64,000 bases of DNA from NCBI GenBank assembly GCA_963674945.2, contig CAXXWQ010000003.1:1248001-1312000 (forward strand), in the 5' to 3' direction. The translations under genes were made by a program, and so were the position numbers. Shown here piece after piece: positions 50,068-58,313 of the stretch. Position 1 is the first letter of the stretch; each line of letters opens with the position of its first letter. Source of the DNA: an uncultured Desulfosarcina sp. (lineage in GTDB: Bacteria > Desulfobacterota > Desulfobacteria > Desulfobacterales > Desulfosarcinaceae). The notes under the pieces were generated by a model, which was given only the letters and a program-made list of their open reading frames with translations, was not told the DNA's origin and did not search any database.

Positions 50068-51954
50068 ATGAGACATTTTAGTATGGTTTTTTTGATTCTG
50101 GCCATCTGCTGCTTTGCCTTCCAGTCTGGAGCAGATGAGGGGGAAATCATGTACTCGTGGCAGGTTGAACTGGGTCTGCGGACTGTTGATCAAAACGGTG
50201 ATGAGACAAAGTTCGAGGAATACCGAGATATGGGAGACGGTCTTTGCGGCAGTGCCCGTGTTCAGGCCGACAAGGAGAATCTTTACTATAAACTGGATGC
50301 CGACCGCATCGGACGGGAGGACCAGCAGTATGAATTCATGGGCGGAAAGTATGGGAAGTTCAAAATTCAAATGTTCTACGACGAGATCCCCCACGCCTAT
50401 GCCCGCGATGCCAAGAGCTATTTCAACGGTGTCGGGTCTGCCGCCCTCGTTGATTCAGGAAACCATGCGGACCCCACGCCCTGGCAGGGATTTGACTATG
50501 ACAAGCAGCAAAAAAACGCCGGGTTCAAGGGGGAGTATAATTTTGATACGCCCTACTACCTGGAATTCGGTGCCAACCGGAAGGATTCCGAGGGAATCTA
50601 TCCCCTGGGCGGACCGGCAGGGACCGAACTTCCGGCGCCTGTGGACTGGAATGAACAGAACTGGTTTTTCGGTGGTGGATACCAAAGCAGGACCATAGTG
50701 GCCTCCCTCAGGGCAGATATCAGCTATTTCGACAATAAAAATGAGTGGATGACATGGGACTCACAAACCACCTCCCTTGCCCCGGATTCGGAGTTCTATA
50801 AGTATTCGGGGAAATTTATCTACAGAAATCCCTTTCTTTCATCCCAGTACAGCGTAAGGGCAAGCCATTCAAGGAAAGAGAATTCCTTTGATTTGACACG
50901 TTTTTATTCCAGCACTCTCGGCACCTTTCGCGGGGAAGTGGTCAATACACGGGTGGATGCATCCTGGGACTTTGTGCCGATATCTTACATGGACATGAAG
51001 CTTTTTGCCGGGTACGCGGATACGGACGATGAGTCAGACATGCTGACTGTCAGCACAGTGGCCACAGTTCCCTATGACCATGAAAAAAGGCGTGCTGGAT
51101 TTGATACCACCCTCCGCTTGCCTTCGGCAAATTTCTTGGATATCGGCTACCGATATGTCGATGCATGCCGCTCCTACAGGACAGACAACGACGAAACCTT
51201 AGATAACCTGACCTTTTTCCAGTACCGTAACCGCTCCTTTGACCGGTTTTCATTCAAGGCCAGATATGAGTACTTGAACCGGGAAGGGGATTACAACGGT
51301 ACCGAAGTCGGGACCCGGCGCTATGATGTGGCCAACCAGGTTAAAAACGAGCTGGCCATGGAAGCAGAATACTTCTTTACGGATCAGCTCTTCGGAGCGA
51401 TTGAATATGCCTGGTGGAACCGGGACTACGGGGATACCATCTACGGTCTGAATGGAACCGAACACCACGAGGCTTATGTTTCGTCAGGGTTCAGCGTTTC
51501 GGATTCACTCTCCGCCACCGTCTACATTGGCTATGAGTATGATGAGAACGAAATGGCTACGAATCAAAACTGGTCCCAGGCGGAAGAGTTCGATACAATC
51601 GCCTACGGGGCGGCCTTGGAATTCCCCGTCATGGACGACCGACTCGAATTCATCCTGTCCTGGGACCATTCCAAAGTGGACGGGAGTGCCGACTTCAAAC
51701 CTTCCACTAACAATTATCTCAACCTGATGTATGTAGATGATTGCACCATTCAGCGCCTTGAGGCCAAGAGCATTTACAACCTGAATAGTGACTGGGACAT
51801 TACGATGGGTTACCTGTTTGAGAAGTTTGACCTCCACGATGGCCAGTACGACGGATATGCCTACCTGCCTCCTGGTGCTACCCTGACCGGTGCCTATGCA
51901 GAGCAGGACTACGATGCCCACGTGGTTTACCTGAGCGCTGTATTCCGGTTTTAG
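50068..51954 (+). CDS. mtrB: MtrB/PioB family outer-membrane beta-barrel
   Basis: Signal peptide; KFEEYRD, YDEIPH, LPAPVDW and RRYDVA; alternating beta-strand pattern; C-terminal DYDAHV...FRF; adjacent to the decahaem gene. The symbol is family-level. Confidence 0.88.
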   Translation: MRHFSMVFLILAICCFAFQSGADEGEIMYSWQVELGLRTVDQNGDETKFEEYRDMGDGLCGSARVQADKENLYYKLDADRIGREDQQYEFMGGKYGKFKIQMFYDEIPHAYARDAKSYFNGVGSAALVDSGNHADPTPWQGFDYDKQQKNAGFKGEYNFDTPYYLEFGANRKDSEGIYPLGGPAGTELPAPVDWNEQNWFFGGGYQSRTIVASLRADISYFDNKNEWMTWDSQTTSLAPDSEFYKYSGKFIYRNPFLSSQYSVRASHSRKENSFDLTRFYSSTLGTFRGEVVNTRVDASWDFVPISYMDMKLFAGYADTDDESDMLTVSTVATVPYDHEKRRAGFDTTLRLPSANFLDIGYRYVDACRSYRTDNDETLDNLTFFQYRNRSFDRFSFKARYEYLNREGDYNGTEVGTRRYDVANQVKNELAMEAEYFFTDQLFGAIEYAWWNRDYGDTIYGLNGTEHHEAYVSSGFSVSDSLSATVYIGYEYDENEMATNQNWSQAEEFDTIAYGAALEFPVMDDRLEFILSWDHSKVDGSADFKPSTNNYLNLMYVDDCTIQRLEAKSIYNLNSDWDITMGYLFEKFDLHDGQYDGYAYLPPGATLTGAYAEQDYDAHVVYLSAVFRF

Positions 51955-52006
51955 GCCGTACTTCTTTATATAGTAATAAAAATAAATACCAGAAAGAGGG
52001 TAACGA

Positions 52007-52636
52007 ATGAAACCAAATAAAATTCTCGTTTTTCTATTTTTTTCATTTTTCTTGTTATCGATGTTCGGGTGCGGTTCAGATGAAACCAAAATGGTCTATA
52101 TCGATATGGGATCGGGTGCTGACAGCGACAACGGTGAGACGGATGATACCGATCCGGAACTTGACCCCGGCGAAATGACAGGTGAAGAACTTTACGACAA
52201 CTACTGCGCGGCCTGCCACGGGTCCAAAGAGAACACGAATATTATAGTAAAGACAGCCGAAGAGTTTAAAAAGCATATAGACCTGGGAACAGGCGGCATG
52301 GATACCGATGCGCTTGCGGCGCTTACGCAAGAGCAGCTTGAATCGATTGCCGACTATCTTACAGACGCAACTGAGACAGACGCCTTTGCCGTAACAACCG
52401 ACTATTATGGTAAAGTCTCTTATAATGCCTACTGCAGCACCTGCCATGGCAGCGGTGAATCAACAACTGCGGACCCTGTGAGTGTTGAGGCAATCACAAC
52501 AGCGATAGATTCAGGCATGGGAGGAACGGATATCTCATCTCTGGATGCTCTCACTGATGATGATCTGCGGGAAATAGCCGATTACCTGAACCAACTCATC
52601 GAGTGCGCCGACGGTTCCAACTTTTCTTTCGAATAA
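52007..52636 (+). CDS. Dihaem class I cytochrome c lipoprotein
   Basis: Lipobox MFGC (Cys22), acidic linker, two repeated domains with YCAACHG and YCSTCHG each ending IADYL. Confidence 0.85.
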   Translation: MKPNKILVFLFFSFFLLSMFGCGSDETKMVYIDMGSGADSDNGETDDTDPELDPGEMTGEELYDNYCAACHGSKENTNIIVKTAEEFKKHIDLGTGGMDTDALAALTQEQLESIADYLTDATETDAFAVTTDYYGKVSYNAYCSTCHGSGESTTADPVSVEAITTAIDSGMGGTDISSLDALTDDDLREIADYLNQLIECADGSNFSFE

Positions 52637-52748
52637 TGCAAGATGTGAAAAAGGAAAGAGATATTTCATTGTGAATACCCTTATCGGTACATTGGACAAG
52701 TACATTTTGATTTGAACAAAGCGGTTTCAATCATTAGGAGAATCTACA

Positions 52749-54365
52749 ATGAGCAAAAGAAAAAAAGAAGCGCGTAATACCGATCTTTCCCGCCGTAATT
52801 TCATGAAAAAACTGAGCAGCCTTGCCATTGGAACCGCCGCAGTAGGGATGATTCCAGGTTGCGAAGGCGACACCAATGTTGAAATTCGCCCATACAGCAG
52901 CGCAGACAACGGTGCCATATCGAACGTTCCCGATGCATGGAATGATTCCGCGGATATCATTATCGTTGGATTCGGCGGAGCGGCTGCCATGGCTGCGATT
53001 CACGCCACACAGACAGCTCCCGGAACAACCGTTCTCATTGTCGAAGCGCAGGGGTCCGGCGGTGGATGCACAGCCATGTGCGGTGGCGGTACGCACCTCG
53101 GTGGAGGCACACAACTTCAGACAGACAGCGGATTCAGTGAAACCGCTGAGGAGTTCTACAACTATGCTCTCGCCACAGCAGGAGAAGGTGCGGATTCTGA
53201 TCTGATCAAAGCATATGCGGACAATGCCAAAGACACGTATGACGCTCTGGTATCCATCGGCATCAGCTATGACGGGTATGATTCCGGCTACCTGTTTTTG
53301 CCCCCCGATGGCAAAAGCCTAATCTACGACAACGCCAGACGCCCTGAAATCCTCGAAGCCGCAGGCCTTTCTCAGGCAGTTCCGCATATGCACTTCGGTC
53401 TGGCGCAAGGCGGCGCAGGCCGTGCGGCAACGATGTGGAATGCTCTTGAAACGGCCACACTGGGCATCAGCACTGTAAACGCTTGCTACAACACGGAAGT
53501 GAAACAGCTTATCGTTGACGGCAACGGCAGAGTTGTCGGCGTTGCTGCCGAAAGAGACGGCGAAACACTGTACTTCAAAGGCAGCCAAGCGGTCCTTCTG
53601 GCCAATGGCGGCTTTATCAAAAACGATGAAATGGTCGAACAGTTTATCCCCCATGCCATGGAATGCGTCCGCCTCGGAAACGCCATGGATCTGGGCACAG
53701 GAATTCAGATGGGCCAGGCCATCGGAGCCGACGTTAAACTCATGGACGCCGCCGAAGACTGGGGGCCGGCATGGAGATCCTCCCCCGCTCTCGTGAAAGC
53801 CATTGCCGTGAACAACCACGGGGAAAGGTTCGCCCCGGAAGATCTGGGCGGACCCGAAATGGGAAGATGGATTGCAAGGATCTATCCGTTGTCCTATATC
53901 GTTTTCGACCAGACCATCATGGACGAAATCGACGCGACAATACAACCCTACTTAAATGCTGATTCTGCAGACGCGATCGAGGAACTGGCCGCACTCATTG
54001 ACGTTCCTGCGGCATATCTCAGGAACACCATAGACATGTACAACGCTTCTGCGGCCACAGGCGTGGACGATCAGTTCCGCAAAGATCCGAACATGGTGCA
54101 GGAGATCAATACTTCCCCGTTTTATGCCCTCACACGAAGGCCGACCGATGTTTACACACTTTCATGCGGCGGGCTCCGCATAAACACGAAAACCCAGGTG
54201 CTACGGCCCGATGGAACCGTTATCCCCGGTCTCTACGCCGCAGGAGCCACCACCGCTCATATCAACGCACAGTACTATCTCGCCGGTGGCGGTACGGCAG
54301 GCGCCTTTGTATTCGGGCGCATCGCAGGACTGGAAATGGTGAATGAAGCGTCCTGGGATGTGTAA
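52749..54365 (+). CDS. Tat-exported lipoprotein FAD-dependent oxidoreductase (FAD_binding_2; ketosteroid dehydrogenase / flavocytochrome c flavin-subunit superfamily)
   Basis: SRRNFMK and IPGC (Cys38); VGFGGAA, LANGGF, VNNHGERF, GGLRIN, PGLYAAG and FGRIAG. Confidence 0.9.
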   Translation: MSKRKKEARNTDLSRRNFMKKLSSLAIGTAAVGMIPGCEGDTNVEIRPYSSADNGAISNVPDAWNDSADIIIVGFGGAAAMAAIHATQTAPGTTVLIVEAQGSGGGCTAMCGGGTHLGGGTQLQTDSGFSETAEEFYNYALATAGEGADSDLIKAYADNAKDTYDALVSIGISYDGYDSGYLFLPPDGKSLIYDNARRPEILEAAGLSQAVPHMHFGLAQGGAGRAATMWNALETATLGISTVNACYNTEVKQLIVDGNGRVVGVAAERDGETLYFKGSQAVLLANGGFIKNDEMVEQFIPHAMECVRLGNAMDLGTGIQMGQAIGADVKLMDAAEDWGPAWRSSPALVKAIAVNNHGERFAPEDLGGPEMGRWIARIYPLSYIVFDQTIMDEIDATIQPYLNADSADAIEELAALIDVPAAYLRNTIDMYNASAATGVDDQFRKDPNMVQEINTSPFYALTRRPTDVYTLSCGGLRINTKTQVLRPDGTVIPGLYAAGATTAHINAQYYLAGGGTAGAFVFGRIAGLEMVNEASWDV

Positions 54366-54520
54366 ATTGAGCGATCAGCCCTTGGCTGTTAGCGTTTAGC
54401 AGAATGATATCAAGAAGTTGCTGAAGTTTTTGATTGCAACCCGATGAGTGGTCATTGAAATACTGATAAATGCCCTATATGATGTTACCGGCAAAAAGCG
54501 AACTGCTCAATCGGGTTTCA

Positions 54521-57500
54521 ATGATTACACAAATAAAATCATTCTCTCCGGCGGTCATCCCGTCAGGTCTTTCCATCGTCCATGGCAGTCACATGGAGGA
54601 TCTGCGACAGGTGGCCATTGGCTGGATCGCGCGTCATCCGCTTGCCCCCCTGGAAAACGAATGTTTCGTGGTCCAGAGCAACGGCATGGCCCAGTGGCTG
54701 AAACTGGCCATGGCCGACGATGAAGGATGCGGCATCAGCGCAGCCGTCGATTTTCAACTGCCGGCCCGTTTTCTGTGGAACGCCTACCGGGCCGTTCTCG
54801 GCGACGATGAAATTCCCGACCACTCTCCTTTCGACAAGGATCGATTGATCTGGCGCCTCATGCGTCTGTTGCCCACCTGGATAGGATCGGACTGGTTCAC
54901 CCCTTTGGCCAATTACCTTTCCGATGATCCGGACCATCGCAAGCGTTACCAATTGTCCCGTCATTTGGCCGACCTGTATGATCAATACCAGGTCTACCGC
55001 GCCGACTGGCTCTCAGAATGGATCCATGGATCGGACCGTTTGTACGACGCCGGCGGCATTCCCATTGACCTGCCGCCGGAGCAGCGCTGGCAGGCGGAAT
55101 TGTGGCGGTACATCCATGCCGATGTGCCGGAAAACGCACGGGATACCAGCCGTTTTCGACTCCACCGGCGCTTTCTCGATGAAATCGGCAACTGCAAGAC
55201 GCGCCCGCCCCTTTTGCCACGAAGGGTGATTGTCTTTGGCATCAGCAGCCTTCCCCAACAGGCCATAGCGGCCATCCATGCCCTCTCCCGGCACAGTCAG
55301 ATACTCCTTTTCGTCCACAATCCCTGCCGGCACTTCTGGGCCGATATCGTGGAGGATCGGCAGCTGCTTCGAATCCACCAGACCCGACACCGGCAAAAGG
55401 CGGGCCTTCCACCGTCGCTGAACCTGGAACGACTTCACCAGCACGTCAATCCGCTTTTGGCCGCCTGGGGGAAACAGGGGCGGGACTACATCGGTCTCCT
55501 CTACGGGTACGACCGACCGGAAAAATACCGGGGACAATTCGGACAGATCGACCTGTTCAGCGACTTTATCCGGATTGATGCGCCCCATCTCCTGCTCCAT
55601 CAGGTACAGCAGGCCATCCTGGATCTGACACCCTTGCCAGGATCCGAGGGAAAAAGGGATGTCATTTCCCCCGACGACCGGTCCATCACCTTTCAGGTGG
55701 CCCACAGCCGCCAGCGGGAGGTGGAGATCCTTCGCGATCAGCTTTTGGCCCTGTTCGACGACGACGCAAAGCTGTCGCCCCAGGACGTGATTGTCATGAC
55801 GCCGGATATCGATCTTTACACATCCCACGTGGAGGCGGTTTTCGGTAACGTGGATGTCGAGGATGCAAGGCATATCCCCTATACCATCGCCGATAGTCCC
55901 GAACGTGCCGGTGCCGCCTTGTTCAAGGCCCTGGACAAGCTCTTTCACCTGCCCACACTGCGGCTTTCCGCCGGCGACCTGTTGGACCTTCTCATGATTC
56001 CCGCCGTTCGCCATCGATTCGGCTGGGAGGAAGGGGACCTGCCCCAACTGCACGACTGGATCTTCGGCTCCGGCATCCGATGGGGCCTTTGTGCCGAACA
56101 TCGAAGATCTCTGGGTCTACCGGAAGGCATCGAACAGAATACCTGGTGGTTTGGCGTAAAGCGCATGCTCCTTGGATATGCGGTGGGGAAAGGCGAATGC
56201 TGGCGGGAAATCGTTCCTTTCGATGAAATCGGTGGATTGGATGCGGCCTTGATAGGCCCCCTGGTCCAGATGATCCAGCGGCTGGAGGCCTACCGGCAAA
56301 CCTTGGCCCGCCCTTCCCCACCCGAGGATTGGGCCCGGCGTCTTGGCCGGTTGCTCCACGATTTCTTTCTGCCTGCCGACGCCTTTGAACAACTGGCCGT
56401 AACCAGGATGGAGACAGTTATCGACGAATGGCTTGAGGCATGTGCCGATGCCGATCTGCGCCAGGCAATCCCCCTGGCCGTGGTACGGGAGGCACTCATG
56501 GGAGCCATGGAAAGGACCAGCGTCAGCCAGCGGTTTCTGGCCGGTCGGGTCAATTTCTGCACACTGATGCCCATGCGTGCGATCCCCTTCAAGGTGGTAT
56601 GCCTGTTGGGCATGGACGATGGGGCCTATCCCCGCAGTCGACCACCCATGGATTTCGACCTGATGGCCGGTGCCGGGCGATACCGACCCGGTGATCGCTC
56701 CCGCCGGGAGGATGATCGGTATATTTTCCTCGAGGCCCTGCTCTCTGCGAGAGAAAAGCTTTACATCAGCTATGTGGGCCGCAACATCCGGGACAACAGC
56801 CGTCTGATGCCATCGGTTCTGGTGGGCCAGCTCAAAGACTACCTGGCCGCCGGCTGGCAGGTGGCAAAAGATCGCAACGGCAGGCAGAAAAATCTGTTGG
56901 ACCAATTGACCTGCGAACACCCCCTGCAGCCCTTCAGCCAGACCTATTTCCAACCCGAACGGTGGCCCGAACGATTTACTTACGCACGAAAGTGGCAGGG
57001 GATTCATGGAGGTAAGGCCGATAAGCCTTCGATCCCGGTGCTGAAGCCGGCCATGGTCGAAGGCAAGCTGAAACTCGCCCCGCTGATTCAGTTTCTTAAG
57101 AACCCCGTCAGGGCCTTTTTCAATCAGCGATTGAAGGTGAACCTCTCGCCCGTGGACGTGATCACCGAAGACACGGAGCCCTTCTTTCTCGATGCCCTTG
57201 CACCGTTCGACATGGGAACACAGCTTCTTGCTGCCGGCTTTTCCGCCAGGCCGGAAGCGCGCATCGATACCGTGCACCGGACCGTGGAGATCCTGAAACG
57301 AAGCGGCCGGCTGCCCATCAATGGCTTCGGTAAAATCTGGGCGGACAGCCTGGCCGAACCGGTGCTGCGGATCCTCGACATGCAAGCCGACCTTTCTTCC
57401 AAATGGAAGGGAGAACCCGAAACCGTCGAATTGCGGCTTTTCCTGCCTCTGGGCGGTGGCGAACAAATCGAGCTGGAAGACTGGCTGGATGGCTTGCAGA

Positions 57501-58027
57501 CCGAGGAGGCCGGCCAGCCGGAATCGAAACGATTCGCCCGTTGGGAATTCTATCCCCTTGCCATCATGGACGCGAAGGGAGAGGTCAGCCGGCTGCACCC
57601 CCTGATCGGCCCCTGGCTCAAGCACCTTTCCGCCTGTGCCGCGGGCTTAGACCTGACCAGTTGTCTGATCGCCCCTGACGGCGTGGCCACCCTGGCACCC
57701 CTGCCACCGGTGAAAGCGCGAAGATGGCTGAGCGAGATCGCCATCCACTGGTTTGTCGGCCTGGCCACCCCCTTGCCCGTAACGGCGAGATCTGCCCTGG
57801 CCTATCTTACGGTCGTAAAAGGGGAAGACGGGCAAAGGGCAAGACATGCGGCGCAGTTGGCCTTTCAGGGAGACGGATTCAACAGACCGGGAGAGTTGGG
57901 GTACGGTGACGGCGTCTATTTGCGAAGATGCTATCCGGACTTCGATGCCCTGTGGCAGGCCGACGACAACCGGTTCGACGATCTGGCCAGGCGACTTTAC
58001 GGGCCAATAGTGGAACACATCGGATAG
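54521..58027 (+). CDS. recC: Exodeoxyribonuclease V gamma subunit
   Basis: VVQSNGMAQWL, NPCRHFW, HSRQREVE, FCTLMPMRAIPF and DDRYIFLEAL. Start uncertain (54470-54521). Confidence 0.96.
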   Translation: MITQIKSFSPAVIPSGLSIVHGSHMEDLRQVAIGWIARHPLAPLENECFVVQSNGMAQWLKLAMADDEGCGISAAVDFQLPARFLWNAYRAVLGDDEIPDHSPFDKDRLIWRLMRLLPTWIGSDWFTPLANYLSDDPDHRKRYQLSRHLADLYDQYQVYRADWLSEWIHGSDRLYDAGGIPIDLPPEQRWQAELWRYIHADVPENARDTSRFRLHRRFLDEIGNCKTRPPLLPRRVIVFGISSLPQQAIAAIHALSRHSQILLFVHNPCRHFWADIVEDRQLLRIHQTRHRQKAGLPPSLNLERLHQHVNPLLAAWGKQGRDYIGLLYGYDRPEKYRGQFGQIDLFSDFIRIDAPHLLLHQVQQAILDLTPLPGSEGKRDVISPDDRSITFQVAHSRQREVEILRDQLLALFDDDAKLSPQDVIVMTPDIDLYTSHVEAVFGNVDVEDARHIPYTIADSPERAGAALFKALDKLFHLPTLRLSAGDLLDLLMIPAVRHRFGWEEGDLPQLHDWIFGSGIRWGLCAEHRRSLGLPEGIEQNTWWFGVKRMLLGYAVGKGECWREIVPFDEIGGLDAALIGPLVQMIQRLEAYRQTLARPSPPEDWARRLGRLLHDFFLPADAFEQLAVTRMETVIDEWLEACADADLRQAIPLAVVREALMGAMERTSVSQRFLAGRVNFCTLMPMRAIPFKVVCLLGMDDGAYPRSRPPMDFDLMAGAGRYRPGDRSRREDDRYIFLEALLSAREKLYISYVGRNIRDNSRLMPSVLVGQLKDYLAAGWQVAKDRNGRQKNLLDQLTCEHPLQPFSQTYFQPERWPERFTYARKWQGIHGGKADKPSIPVLKPAMVEGKLKLAPLIQFLKNPVRAFFNQRLKVNLSPVDVITEDTEPFFLDALAPFDMGTQLLAAGFSARPEARIDTVHRTVEILKRSGRLPINGFGKIWADSLAEPVLRILDMQADLSSKWKGEPETVELRLFLPLGGGEQIELEDWLDGLQTEEAGQPESKRFARWEFYPLAIMDAKGEVSRLHPLIGPWLKHLSACAAGLDLTSCLIAPDGVATLAPLPPVKARRWLSEIAIHWFVGLATPLPVTARSALAYLTVVKGEDGQRARHAAQLAFQGDGFNRPGELGYGDGVYLRRCYPDFDALWQADDNRFDDLARRLYGPIVEHIG

Positions 58028-58107
58028 TAAAAGAAATCATCAGAGGTGATTTCCCTGGAAAGAGGGGATTGCCATGTTTGGGTCAGCTCATAGGAGACAG
58101 AAACTGC

Positions 58108-58236
58108 AGAAGTCAGAATCCAGGAGTCAGAAGTCAGAATGGCAATGTTGTCGCTTCGCTCTGTCGATTAATTAAGATGGATCGAGCCGAAGGCGAGTAC
58201 CTCATTCTGAATTCTGAATTCTGACTCCTGAATTCT
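58108..58236. repeat. Palindromic intergenic element with AGTCAGA/TCTGAAT heptamer arms (family C)
   Basis: 58115-58140 versus 58211-58236 is inverted with 2 mismatches in 26; central TCGCTTCGCTC. Confidence 0.8.
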
Positions 58237-58313
58237 TATAAAAATCATACGGCAGAACCATTTTTTTAACACGGTGTAGAAAACCAGATTCCCTTGATTG
58301 AATAGAGACCACC

